Of a stretch of DNA of 64,000 bases, positions 28,542 to 42,060 are shown one piece after another. The position numbers and the translations under genes are program-made. Below the pieces are notes generated by a model that was not told the origin of the DNA, made no database searches, and worked only from the letters and a program-made list of their open reading frames with translations. Position 1 is the first letter of the stretch. The number at the start of each line of letters is the position of its first letter. Origin of the DNA: Octopus vulgaris (Eukaryota); contig OX597826.1 in NCBI GenBank assembly GCA_951406725.2, positions 30,132,001 to 30,196,000 on the forward strand, in the 5' to 3' direction.

Positions 28542-29621
28542 CAACGATGATAATGATGGTGGTTGGTGGATGTTGTGGCGGCGATGGTGGTGGTGATGAC
28601 GATGATGTTAACAACAACATCAACAAAATCAAATTCTTCCAAAATAGCAAATTGCTCTTAAAAATATCGTGCCTGGTGAATTTTCGCATGGCGAAACTTG
28701 AAATTCGAACTGCTCAAGTGATCAAATGGTAGTAAATCTTCGATTATATTATTTCAATTTATATCACAGTCACGTGAGAGGGTGGGGTGTTTATTAATGG
28801 AAAGGAGCTGTAATAAAAGCCATTTTATTGGGCCTCACAACTATCGGTGCTGTTTGTTGATGTAGCAATAAAAACGAAGGGTTTTTTAACTGTTCTTATT
28901 GGTTGTCTGCAATGGAAACTTGAGTAGTTACTTTCACTTTCCTTATGTACAACAACATTAAAGAGCGGGAAAATGGGAAGCCGGCCTTTGTAATATCTGA
29001 GGTAAATTCATGGGCGGTTGAGACAGCAACGTATGTTCAATTCCTGCCTGAAGGCCCATCACTTCTCTCTCTAACTTTCCACACTGTCTCTCAGATGCCT
29101 CTGACTGCGTGCATATACACATATGCAATCTATTAACTTTTTCGACATACACTTTCTTATATATATCTGTGTTGATTTTTTTCTCATTGTTCATGCCGTT
29201 CCCTGTATAGGCACAAATGTAATCCTTTCTCAAATAAATTACACTTCATATTAAGCTCTGATGGAGCCTATAAGGTGGTATTTAGCAACTCGGCTATGAT
29301 TCCAAATTTTTGGCTGAGTGAATTGTGTCATGGTGTTGTTTTAAGTACAGACGTTGCCCAACTGACCCTACTATACTGTGTAGCCGACAGAATAATAACA
29401 AACAATGCGCATGCGCGAAATTAAAAATATAACATGGCGACTATTTAATCATCGCAAACCTGTATATATATATATGGAGCAAAACAGTTTGATTCAAAAA
29501 TTCTTTGGAACTCTTGAGTTTTGAAGCGTTTGAATCGAACTGTTTTAGTCAATTTATTTAACTCCCAAGAAATTGGTTCAGCGCCCTTCTTTCGTTTGTC
29601 CACTCACTCGTGTATATATAT

Positions 29622-29790
29622 ATTTTTCTCTCCTTGTTTCTCTCCTTGTTTTTTCTGTGTATCTTTCTGTAGAAGAGCGTAGGCTCGAAATGTAAAAGAC
29701 TTTTTCTATTCCTGAGCGTTATACTAATACATCTGTTTGTTTTGTACACCACCTGTCTTCGTCTTTTGCTTTTTTCGTAAACTCTCCCGA
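29622..29790 (+). mobile_element. Second copy of the variant hammerhead-like short repeat
   Basis: tcttt-CTGTAGAA-gagc(gtag)gctc-GAAATGTA-aaaga with a 5-bp stem I; TA-flanked. Confidence 0.6.
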
Positions 29791-29806
29791 TATATATTCA
29801 TATATA

Positions 29807-30135
29807 TAGTTCAGTTATTGGCATTTCAATCAATAGATTTGTGGGTATTCCATTTCAGATAATGCAAAAATAAAAGATAACGAGTATTTATGATGGAAAA
29901 CTCGTTTGATCAAGAAATAATACTTGAAAATTATAGCAGGTTATAAAATATACTTCCTTAATTAGCCCTTACTTGAAATAAATTTATAATGAGAGTCATA
30001 ATTATAATTTTATCCTCTTGATCAGCATATAAATACCACGAGCCTTCCATCATAAACACTCGTTATGTTCTTTTTGTATTATCTGAAATGGAATACCCAG
30101 AAATCTTTTGATTGAAATCCCAAATAACTTAACTA
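29807..30135. mobile_element. Element with ~100-bp imperfect terminal inverted repeats
   Basis: gggtattccatttcagataat...cgagtatttatgatggaa versus ttccatcataaacactcg...attatctgaaatggaataccc; TA at both ends. Confidence 0.75.
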
Positions 30136-30322
30136 TTATTAATTTCAATTATTATATATTTTGTATATTTCTGTATAGATATATATAAACAGATTATTAT
30201 CATAATCCCACTACACGATATGCTGATATGGAATACACGGTATATAGTCTCCATATTAAAATGCATGTAATGCTAAGGTGCTGATCGATTTGGAAATTCA
30301 ATTTCCCACATTATTCAAGAGA

Positions 30323-30374
<52 letters not shown>

Positions 30375-30386
30375 TACATACATACT

Positions 30387-30484
<98 letters not shown>

Positions 30485-30492
30485 TATTTATA

Positions 30493-30878
30493 CTAGCAGT
30501 ATCGCCCGGCGTTGCTCGGGTTTCTTTCGACCCTTTAGAATTGGAATTTTTGAAAAGTAAAAATTTTGCATTATGTAGCTTGTTATTTTCTTTAAGTGAA
30601 CATTTTTCTGGTTGAAATACACCGAAAAATGGCGACACAGCAGTAAAAAATCGTAAAAAATAGGAATTTTCATAGAAATAAAGTACCTTTTTGATGTAAA
30701 TAATTTTTGGTCTTAACTTGGTCTGATTTGAATTTTTTCTGCTACGGAAGGAAGAACAATCCTTCTATCATACTCTCAATTTTGGTCAACTTGCGCCGCA
30801 GGGTCTCGGAGGAGATAGTGTTAGTTGAAGGCTACCAAACCTGCCATACAGAGACAACTTCAGCTTTATATATATAGA
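30493..30878 (-). mobile_element. Non-autonomous Helitron
   Basis: Minus strand reads A|TCTATATATATAAAGCTG ... CCCGAGCAACGCCGGG hairpin ... CTAG|T. Confidence 0.8.
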
Positions 30879-31165
30879 TATATATGTGTGTATGTATATT
30901 GTTGACGTCATTAGAATTCAAAAACTTCAGGAATTTAAATCAATCCTCGTTTGGAGAGATGAATCTCGAAGCAGGTTTGTGTCCCACGGACGGCCTTTTT
31001 GCATCCAAAGTATTTTTAATCCTATCTTTACACGCTGTTATTCATAGCTGTATCTGTTTTAAGATTCAGCGTTTCAAAATCGACGCACACCCACCCACAC
31101 ACATATATATATATAAATATATACATGTGTATATGTTGCCTCGAAATTGTATGCGCTGCAAATCA

Positions 31166-31220
<55 letters not shown>

Positions 31221-31257
31221 CTTGTTACTAATTGTATCAAATAAGAAGATTAAAATA

Positions 31258-31472
31258 ATCCTTTTTATAAAAGATTCAAAGCTTGAAATTTTGGTGTGAG
31301 TGGACTAGTCGATTGCATCGACACCAGTATGCAACTGGTACTTACTTTATCGACTCCGAAAGGATGAAAGGCAAAGTCAAACTCAGCGAAATCTGAACTC
31401 AGAACGTAAAGATTCACAAAATACCGCTAAGCATATTGCCCTGTGTGCTAACGATTCTACCAGTTCGTCGCC
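31258..31472 (-). mobile_element. SINE family B
   Basis: actggtacttactttatcgactccgaaaggatgaaaggcaaagtc...gaactcagaacgtaaag. Confidence 0.85.
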
Positions 31473-31589
31473 TTATGAAGATTAAACTAACAACAATTAT
31501 AATAGTAATGGTTTCAAATAATGGTGTTTCAGCTGCAGTAGTTTTTGGCCAGGCACAAAATTCCCCAGGTTCGATACCCACCATATCCC

Positions 31590-31737
31590 CAGAGGCGTTG
31601 AGAAAAATCCAAGAAACTGCGACGAGGCAGCAGCTTGGTATCCCAGAAAAGGGATTCCAGAAATGCTTCCATCAATGGCAGTGACGCTGGATAAAGTGTG
31701 TGACTTCGGAAGGGGAGAACTTCAAAGGAGATAAAAT
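31590..31737 (+). pseudogene. C-terminal fragment of a mariner-family transposase
   Basis: KIQETATRQQLGIPEKGFQKCFHQWQ*RWIKCVTSEGENFKGDK resembles the FQxCFxxWxxRWxKCVxxxGxYFEG mariner C-terminus. Confidence 0.75.
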
Positions 31738-32914
31738 ACCGAATTGATATGTAGCTTTGCCGTTATAGCACAAGTCCCGATTTTAATCAGGCCCTGTATT
31801 TCTATAAAATATATTCGTTAAATATTCGTCCAAAGTAATCTTCTTAACTCCCACTTAACATCTTCGTCCATGTTCTATCTACCCTGGTTTCTATTTCTTT
31901 CTGGTTTCTATTCAGATCTGTATATCAAAGTGCTTTCTATAGCAATTCTAAAATAAACTGTATTTTTGAGGTCATTTGATAATTGCACACATCTTGCTTA
32001 CTGCTGACCATGCCAATTTAATTTTTTTATTGCTGTCCCTTTTTGAATTTGTTTTCCACGATCCCAGATATTTAAAGTAATTTACACATCTGAAGTTCGC
32101 ATCCTTGTAATACTAATATTAATTGTAATACTAATATTAAATGTTTACGTAGAGATGAAGCGCTTCAATTTAATATTTCCGAGTCGTATTTGTCTAGCGA
32201 GTGACACGATGGGAAAATGTCTGTTGAAACTAAAGCAATTATATCGTAGAAAGAGCTATTTCAGACGTCTAAAAATACGCACATGCGAGCACAAACACAC
32301 ACAGATATACACACAAGCATACAAACGCATACGCACATATGCATATAGATACGCAAAACCTCCTGCTGTATTCATTTTTAATTTATTTCGTGAAATAAAT
32401 GAAATGTGAATAAAAACAGTTTATGTGCGTTTTTGAGATGGGCCAAAATAGTTTTTTGACAATGTAATTGCTTCAATTTAATAACTATTTTGAAATTTAG
32501 TAACGGAATAAAGAATCATTAAACTCATGTTTAGTAATCACCATTGAATCAGCTTTATTAAAGAATATTTTAAGTGGTTTTTATCAGTGTAGAGAGAAGG
32601 AGAGAGGGAGGGAGAAGAAGAGAGCGGGAGAGAGAGTGAGAATGAAAGAGAGAAAGAGAAAGAGTGAGAGAAGGAAAGAGGGAGGGAAAGTGAAAGAGAA
32701 AAAGAGACAGAATGAGAGAGAGAGAGAAAGGGAAGGAGAGAAACAGAAAGGGTAGAGAGAAAGAGTGAGACAGAGAAAGAGCGAAAGAAAGAGAAAGAGA
32801 TAGAATGAGAGAAAGAAGGAGAAAGTGGGAAAGAGTGAGAAAAGGAGAAAAAGGAAGAGTGAGAGAAGGAAAGAGTAAGAGAGGGAGAGACACAACAAAC
32901 TCGCCTGTGGGAAA

Positions 32915-33135
32915 GTGTTTGTGTTGGTTATATGCGCCATATAACAAGTGACTCTCTCACCCCTCTCTCCCCATCTCTCCCCTCTCCCGCCTCTCTCTCG
33001 ACATCACTTTGTTTCTATCAGTGTTTGTGTTGGTTATATGCGCCATATAACAGTGATTTTCTCATCCCCTCTCTCCTCATCTCTCCCCTCTCCCCTCCTC
33101 ACTCTCTCTCGATATCACTTTGTTTCTATCAGTGT
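32915..33135 (+). repeat. Two-copy ~105-110 bp tandem repeat beside a purine-rich tract
   Basis: gtgtttgtgttggttatatgcgccatataac...atcactttgtttctatcagtgt twice; each has a gttatatg/catataac hairpin. Confidence 0.85.
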
Positions 33136-33246
33136 GTCTAAAACACTCATGTTTTGGTTTCTGACTCTTTGGACTCTCTCAGGGTATCATTCTATGTAGG
33201 TATGTATGTTCGTGTATGTGTATGTGCGTGTATTTCTGACTCTCTC

Positions 33247-33289
<43 letters not shown>

Positions 33290-33311
33290 CTCTCTCTTTC
33301 TGTAAATACGT

Positions 33312-33346
<35 letters not shown>

Positions 33347-33885
33347 CTGTCCCTTTCTCTGTGTGAGGCTGACTCTCTTTGTGTCATAGGTTTGTGCCAA
33401 TGACTATAGATATGTGTAGCAGTATGTATAATATATATATACGTTTACTTGCATATATGTTTTTATGGATGTTTCTTTAGAATTCTTCCTTAAAATGAAG
33501 AGGAGTTTGCTTCTAACAAAGTAAAAAGCGCCAGCTTTGGAGTTTGGATAACCTTAGCGATGATTGATCAGCTTTGCAAACTTTTACTGTTCCTTTTAAC
33601 CGCTGCATCTTTAAAGCCGATTCGTTCCTTTACTTGAAAATCCTAGATTATTTTAGAGTCACTTAGGCATTTACTAACATAATCAAATGCACGAAAGGTT
33701 AGTTGTATAAATGTAAATTCATAATGAAGAAAAAAGAGCGACAAAATTCGACGCAGTTGTCTACAGATATTCTCCTGTTCGCTGATTTTAGAAGAGATGT
33801 TCGCAGCTGCAGATCAGCTACCCGCTATTTTTTTAAAATCTAGGATAAATACTGAAGCGCTGTACTTCGTCCCTTAATGTGAGAG

Positions 33886-34075
33886 TCAATGTTTCAACAG
33901 ACGGTGAAGAAGCTCTTTCGGTGTTTCGATTCCTTCCACCGCAATACCAGAGCTGCCCGGGGCCATCCATCGATGTAGGCGACAAAATTCCCACACGAGG
34001 TTTATTGACTCAGATATTGCGACACTGGGCCATATGTTTTTGTCAACATCAAAGATCGTTCTTACTATGGCAACC
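33886..34075 (-). mobile_element. Possible ancient LINE ORF2 remnant
   Basis: Only APGSSGIAVE...ELLHRL, resembling the KAPGxDGIxxE motif that precedes LINE RT. Confidence 0.3.
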
Positions 34076-34867
34076 ATCCTCTCTCTCCCCACTCCCTCCC
34101 TCCTCTCTCTCTCTCTCTTTCTCGCTGGCTGTCTCTGGAGACTGGTGCTATGGCTTGCTTTCTCAAGCAGCGGTGGCTGCTGACAATATTCTGGCAACAT
34201 CTTTTCTCTCCTTCGCAAAACTCCTGAGAATCGAGTGAACTTCAGTTCTAACTAATCCTTTCTTACCTATTTCTTCTACAGAAAGGCATATTTTTCTGTC
34301 TCAAATAACAATATCAGGCAAACTTATATTTGCATTTAGCAGAAGTTTAAATGGAAATGTCCCACCAATATTCCTTTTGCTGTTACGTATGTATTCCGTA
34401 GCAGATGTGTTGCCTATATTTATCCCAGAGCAGTTTTTCTGCAGAGGGCATTATATATTATTGTAGCAATAGCATGTGGAGGTAGTAGCTCGATGACATC
34501 TTTGGGTAGCTGCTAATTACAAATGTTGTGTCCTCCACAGCAGAATCACAATCGATATTTACAGTCGATCTTTAGAGTCTAAGGGGTTCATTGTTCCGTT
34601 TTCCGCTGTTTTGCGCAAGTTTAATCTTTAAAAAAAAATGACGTTATGTTGCAGATACAAAGAGAAAAGAGCTTATACTTCAAGTTATTATTCTTTTCAA
34701 GTTTTCGCGAAACATCCACATGCAAAAAGTTTTTGTCGTATGTTGTGTTTGTCTTCTAAGTTTTTGCAACAGTATGGCAGTCCTGCAAACTTCTGCATTC
34801 ATACGAAAAGTTATCAGCAAGTGAATATGTATAGGAATGTATGTAGACATCTATATATGCCTTTAGG

Positions 34868-34899
<32 letters not shown>

Positions 34900-35135
34900 C
34901 ATGCATGCATGTATGTATGTATGTATGTATGTATGTATGTATGTATGTATGTATGTATGTATGTGTATATAATTATATTTGTATGTAGTATGTATGTATG
35001 TTTTTGTATGTCTGTGTATGTGTACGTGAGAATGTGCATGTGTTTAATAGGGTCTCTGTACAGCTTCATCTATCTCTAACTAAACCTCCTTTTCTCTCAT
35101 TTTCCTTTTTCCTCTCTTCTTCAATCTCTCTCTCA

Positions 35136-35177
<42 letters not shown>

Positions 35178-35862
35178 CTCCCTTTCTATCAGTTTATAAT
35201 AATATTCTTTAATATTTCCAATACAAATATACCTCAATTCTCATCGTATGAGATCATCTCAATAAGCCTCGTAATCAACAAAACCATTTCCATGCTATGA
35301 AAACTGTTTCTTACATATTTTTTTAAATTTAATTTCCTATTTATTTGCTTTTCTTTACTTTCTTTGATGATGCTGCGGCTGCGGCTGTTGTTGTTGTTGT
35401 TTGTTACCCCCAGAGCAGACCATATTAGCCATAGACAAAATAGAAAATCTATAATCACGATAAATAAACGAAGTTCAATGTATATAGGCAAAGTTCAACA
35501 AGTAAATATTTTGAGATTTCGGTACATGGCACACATACATATACACACCACACACACACACGGACGTGGTTGTATGTGTGTGGAGTGTGTTGTAAGTTGT
35601 GTGTTTCTGTGTGCGAGAGAGTTTGTATGTATGCACGCATAAATATTGAATATATTTTTCATACACACACACACGCACACACACACACTCATATGTTATA
35701 TGTGCAGGCGTGGCTTGTGCTGAGAAGATTCCTTACCAATGAGCATGCTTACAGGAGCTTTGAGAACATGTCTTCTACTATAACCTCGTCAGTGGATTTG
35801 ACAGACGGAAACTGAAAGAAGCCCTGAAAGAAATCGTATATATATATATAAATATATATATA

Positions 35863-36215
35863 TTCTTTTATTCATTTACTTGTTTCAGTAATTTGACTGC
35901 AACCACAGGACATTCCTTGTAAGCCTAGTACTTATTCTATCAGCCGAACCGCTAAGTTATGGGGACGTAAACACACCAACATCGGTTGTCTGGCGATGGT
36001 GGGGGTGGGTCAAGCACAGACATACACCCACATATATACATACATATATATACGACGGACTTCTTTCGGTTTCCGTCTAGCAAATCCACTCACATGGTTT
36101 AGGTCGGGCCGAGACTATAGTGGAAGAAACTTGCCCAAGGTGCCACGCAGTGGAACTGAACTTAGAACCATACGATTGGGAAGCAAGGTACTTTGCACAC
36201 AGGCACGCTGCGCCT
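35863..36215 (-). mobile_element. SINE family A
   Basis: gccgaaccgctaagttatggggacgtaaacacacc...cttgcccaaggtgccacgcagtgg. Confidence 0.85.
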
Positions 36216-36688
36216 ATATATATATATGCATAGCTGTATAAAGGATACGGATACAAACAACATAGTAAGCGAACTCATATACACACACAATCACACATAC
36301 AGTAACTTCACAACGGCCACAACAATATCAACAACGCGACCAACAACGACAACAGCAACAATAACAACAACCACCAGATGGCAGCAGCGTGGGCGAACAC
36401 GCTGTTTATGTCCACATAAGTTAACGGTTCGGCAAAATACACTGAGAGAATACGTACCGGGCTTTAAAATACAATAAGCCCTCGAGTCTGATTCATTCGA
36501 CTACAAACTCTTCAAGCTGGTGCTGCAGCATGGCCGCAGTCTAATGACTGAAACCAGTAAAAGAATAAAAGATAAAACGTATACGAGATTGTTTACTCGT
36601 CATAAAACGCTACCCCAGGAAATCTATTTTGGACACCACGGGTAACAGCAGGGAATATGGCATACATGTATAAATAAAAAAATAATGA

Positions 36689-36939
36689 ATGCGCCCTTTT
36701 TAAAGCCTAGCCTGGCTCATGGCCTCGGTTTCCCGGTTTCTATGGCGTATGTGTTCCCCAGCAGGACGGGATGCCAGTCCATCGCAGCGTTACTCATTTT
36801 TGTCAGCTGAGTGGACTGGAGCAACGTGAAATGAAGTGTTTTGCTCAAGAACACAACGCGTCGCCCGGTCCGGGGACCGAAACGACAATCTTACGATCAT
36901 GGTGCTGATACCCTAACCACTAAGCCACGCTCCTCCACA
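36689..36939 (-). mobile_element. SINE family C
   Basis: atgcgcccttttt aaagcctag...ccctaaccactaagccacg; matches 24669-24917. Confidence 0.9.
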
Positions 36940-37287
36940 TGCATCTATACAAAGAGTATTATTTAAATTTTATGTAATTTATTGGTGCTTATGTAAGCTA
37001 ATAAAATGAATACTAATTTTCATAAAATAAAAATAAATACTTATCAGCTTAAAATAACCATAGCTACTCTTTCATTCAATCCTTCTTCTCATCCTACTTC
37101 CACTGCTGCTTCTCTGCTGTCTGTGATCTTTTCCGTTTATTCTGTATCTCTTGTATTAACTATCTCTGTATCATCTTACTCGCTCCCCCCATCTCTCTAT
37201 GGAATGCAAAGCATTACTAAAGAAGTCAACCAATCAGCTAAGAGGCAAACAACCGATATTCACATCGGTTATTATTATCTATGATTA

Positions 37288-38780
37288 AGGCAGCGAGCTG
37301 GTAGAAACCTTAGTACGTCGGCCGAAATGCATAGCGTTATTTCGTCTGCTATTACGTACTGAGTTCAAATTCCGCCGAGGTCGACTTTGCCTTTCATCCT
37401 TTCGGGGTCGATTAAATAAGTACCAGTTACGCACTGGGGTCGATGTAATCGACTTAATCCGTTTGTCTGTCCTTGTTTGTCTTCTCTGTGTTTAGCCCCT
37501 TGTAGGTAGTAAAGAAATAGGTATTACATTTGTCTTTTACGTTCTGAGTTCAAATTCCGCTGGGGTCGACATGGCCTTTCATCCTTTCGGGGTCGATAAA
37601 TTAAGTACCAGTTACGTACTGGTGTCGATATAATTGATTGCCCCCCCCCCCCCGCTCCAAATATTTTGGCCCTGTGCCTAGAGTAGAAAAGATTCTATAC
37701 TTTTGAAGGCGGCGAGCTGGCAGAAACGTTAGCGCGCCGGGCGAAATGCTCAACGGTATTTCGTTTGTCTTTTACATTCTGAGTTCAAATTCCGCCGAGG
37801 TCAACATTGCCTTTCATCCTTTCGGGGCCGATAAATTAAATACCAGTTGCGTACAGGAGTCAACTTATTTGACTTTTCCATTTACCCGAATTTGCTGGCC
37901 TTGTGCCAGAATTTGAAACTATTGTGTAGAGATTTAGAAGGCGGCGAGTTGGCAGAATCGTTTGCTTGCAGGACGAAAAGCTTAGCAGTACTTCACCCGT
38001 CGCTACGTTGTGAATTTAAATTCCGCCGAGTTTGACTTTGCCTTTCATACTTTCGGGGTCGATAAATTTAGTACCAGTTGCGTACTGGGGTCGATATAAT
38101 CGATTCATTCCCTCTTCCATAATTGCTGCCCTTGTGGCAAAATTTGAAACCATTATTATCAATTATTATATAGACATTTGCGAAATGTCCGTATAAGCAT
38201 TTCGTCCGTCTTTACGTTCTGAGTTCAAATTGCGCCGAGATCGATTTTACCTCTCATCCTTTCGCATTTGAACGTTGCAGTCGCTGTACTCGACTTACCC
38301 ACTGAACCGAAATTGCTGGCCTTGTGACAAAATTTGAAACCATTATGCAGAGATTTAGAAGGCGTCGAGCTGGTAGAATCGTTAGCAAGCTAGACGAAAC
38401 GCTTAGCAGTATTTCGTCTGTCTTTATGTTCTGAGTTCCAATTTGCCCGTGGTCGACTTTTCCTTTCCTTATTTTGGTGTCGATAACATAAGTAACTGTT
38501 GAACACTGGAATCGATGTAATCGACTGGCCCCATCCCGTCAAAACGTCAGGCCTTGCGCCTATATTTATACGGAGACTTGGGGTGACGAACTTTCACAAT
38601 CGTTAGCGCGTCAGATAAAATACCTCAGGGTATTTCTTCTAGGTGTATGCATTCAGAGTTCAAACTCTGCTGAGGTTGACTATGCCCTTCATCTTTCCGA
38701 GGTCGATTAAATGAAGTACCAGTTCAGGACTGGGACCGTAGCAATCGTCTTGCTCCCCCCTGCTTTCAAAACTGCTAGGA
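37288..38780 (+). repeat. Head-to-tail array of ~7 family B (Nin-domain-like) SINE units
   Basis: Repeated ggcggcgagctggcagaa...gagttcaaattccgccgaggtcgactttgcctttcatcctttcggggtcgat...agtaccagtt, period ~210-230 bp. Confidence 0.88.
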
Positions 38781-39295
38781 GAAAAATCTATTATCTATTA
38801 GAGATTTAAAATATCGAAGTAGTACTTAGTTAATCGAAACAAAAGGAAAAATAATAGATCTAGATATATTTTATATGTATATGTGTGTGTGTGTGTGTGC
38901 GTGTGTGTGTGTGTGTGTGTGTGCGTATGTGTGTGTGTATAAACTGTATAGTATTATATATCCATTACAGCCGATCTAACGAATCAGTTTCGCAATAGGA
39001 TTTCAACTGAGTGTTAGGTAACAGTCCGATCATGTAACCCTGCGCTCTACAGAGTAAGACGTTATGGACTCATAGATGGCTTACACAGATACATACATAC
39101 ATACATACATACATACATACATACATACATACATACATGTCCGTCTCCATTTTGGAAATAGAGTTGAGCACCATCCTGTCATGTAATCGGCTTGAAGAAT
39201 TGTTAAGATATTAAGATAATTTTCTTAACATGAAACAAAATGGTGGCCTTAACATACAAATAAAGACATTTTATTCACCAATGCGATGCTGAGAA

Positions 39296-39329
<34 letters not shown>

Positions 39330-39357
39330 TATATATTTATATAAATATATGAATATA

Positions 39358-39470
<113 letters not shown>

Positions 39471-39488
39471 GTGTTAAGTATGTATGTA

Positions 39489-39536
<48 letters not shown>

Positions 39537-39905
39537 GTGTTAAGTATGTATGTATTTGCTTAAAATTAATCACAGGAGATTTGAAAAGGTAAAAAACCCC
39601 ACCCAACTAAGAGTAAAGCAGCTGTTATAGCTAAACAACAATGTTTTTGTGTTGGAGATAAATGTAAAGCAAAATGTACTTCATTTGTATACATAGTTTG
39701 AATGACAATATATACCGAAGTGTAATGAAAAGCTGTCTCGCTTCGAGAAATTCAGTTAAATAGTTAAAGTATTATGACTATAACACCTGCATTAAAACAG
39801 TCATGTGATATAAGGAGCATTATTCTTCTATATTAGTACGATGGTCGTGTATGTATCTATATATATATATATATACAGAGATGGACAGACAGACAGGCAG
39901 ATAGG

Positions 39906-39975
<70 letters not shown>

Positions 39976-40270
39976 TAAGTGTATGTATGTGTTTGAGTCT
40001 TTGTCGTCACCACCGCTTGACAACCAGTGCTGGAGTGTTTATAGCCCCGTAAACTAGCGGTTCGGTAAAAAAGACCGAGAGAATAAGCACCAGGCTTTTA
40101 AAAAATAAGTACTGGGATCGATTAATTCTACTAAAATTTCTTCAATGCGGTGCCCTTGCATGGCCACAATCTAATGACTGAAACAAGCAAAAGACACACA
40201 CTCACACACACACAAACATAGTAAATCCACTCTCCCCGCCCAAAAAATGAAGACCAAACATACAAATAAA

Positions 40271-40419
40271 CAACAACGCAGGTACGTGGTACATGTAAAG
40301 TATTAGCAGACGGTCGGGAAAGGAAAGAAAGATGGTTTAACGTTTCGAGCAAAGTTCTTCTTCAGAAACAGAGAAAAGTCCAATAGAAAGATAAGAAAAA
40401 ATCGCCAACGATTCACATG

Positions 40420-40420
<1 letters not shown>
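40271..40420 (-). mobile_element. Short repeat with hammerhead motif (40335-40369), abutting (TA)n
   Basis: Minus strand gttt-CTGAAGA-a-gaac(ttt)gctc-GAAACGTT-aaac; homologous to 41931-42060. Confidence 0.65.
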
Positions 40421-40496
<76 letters not shown>

Positions 40497-40513
40497 CATA
40501 CATATATATATAT

Positions 40514-40577
<64 letters not shown>

Positions 40578-41046
40578 CACGCACATATATATGAACACAC
40601 ACATATATGTATATGTGTGTGTATGTATGCATGTATGCGTGCATAGGCATACATAGTAATATATTTTTATTTATGCTTTTACATTTTCCTTGCATTAAAT
40701 TTATATTGTTATAATTTTATGAGCTCCCTTTATACAAACGTCTGGTTTTCTTTTCTCAAATAAGTCAACAACCCGTTTTTCCTTCTAATATATCTCAGAA
40801 TGATCATCCTTAAATAAAACAACAACAACCAATTATAATAAACATTAATTCCAGTTTTCAAATATTTCAAACTGTCAGGCGCAGTTATAAACTCACACAT
40901 CAAGAAATTTTATTAATGTTATAGAAGAAAAAATTTAATAACCATCATAGACAATCATAAACACATACGTCAAGATATTTTTATTAGCAATTAAAAGCAT
41001 AGCTTTTCTTATGGTGTTTACCAACATTTTGTATAAAATTTATTTA

Positions 41047-41079
41047 TTATATATACCATCACACAATATCTATTCTAAA

Positions 41080-41150
<71 letters not shown>

Positions 41151-41203
41151 TATATATATTTAAAAAAATCTTTAGAATAGATATTGCGTGATGGTATATA
41201 TAA
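41047..41203. repeat. ~34-bp inverted repeat flanking a (TA)n tract
   Basis: tatataccatcacacaatatctattctaaag / ctttagaatagatattgcgtgatggtatata. Confidence 0.85.
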
Positions 41204-41930
41204 TATATATATTATATAAATAGGGTTAGGGTTATACTATATATATATATAGTATAACGATGTTCTAACTGAAATATTTTTATATAATCATTTAAACAAA
41301 CGTGTCTCCTCAAAATTTTCTGAAATAATAGTTAGTTTTGAAATTTATGTTGCATTTTCTCGCGTTGTAATTCTGTATACTCCGTGTCATGGATGAATGA
41401 TGGCGGTTTTAAAAGTAATAATTTTAAAGATTATATCTGTGTATGTGTATGTGTGTGTGTGTGTGTGTGTGTATGTATATTTATAAACATTTGAGAGGAA
41501 TAATATTAGTTATGTGAATATAACTGTAGAAGATAAAACAAAACGGTTGTGTAAGGTTTATGCTTTAGACGCCTGTACACCTCTCGTTTTTAAAAACCTA
41601 AGTAAATCATAGCAAAATTATTATGAGTTACAGTTAAACTACTTTGACCAATATTTCTCTGATTTATAGTGTTGGGAACAATACCACAACAGAAAAAGTA
41701 AACAAAAACCTCAGAAACATTGATCCACCATATCAGATAGCTTTGTGAGGTTATCTCAAAATATAAGAAGGAGCTGTGCGCTCAAAAGCTGCACCCTCTG
41801 GTGTCTCACACAAAACATGCTTTCTTCAATGCAGTGCCCTAGTATGGCCACAATCTAATGACTCACACACACACATACACACACATCGTAGATCCCCCCC
41901 CAAAAAAAACCAAGAACAAACACAAAAAAA

Positions 41931-42060
41931 CAACAACGCCAGTACGTGGTACATGTAAAGTAATTGGCAGACGCTCAGGGAAGGAAAGAAAGGTGGTTTT
42001 ACGTTTCGAGCAAAGTACTTCTTCAGAAACAGAGGAAAGTTCAATAGAAAAAGAGACGGA
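41931..42060 (-). mobile_element. Second copy of the CTGAAGA hammerhead-bearing repeat (motif 41996-42030)
   Basis: Minus strand gttt-CTGAAGA-a-gtac(ttt)gctc-GAAACGTA-aaac; stem II degraded. Confidence 0.6.

Noticed and set aside
37288-38780. CRISPR-like array
   Set aside because: Units are ~220-bp diverged SINEs in eukaryotic DNA; no short identical repeats with unique spacers and no cas genes
41221-41234. Telomeric TTAGGG repeat
   Set aside because: Only about two units; compatible with chance
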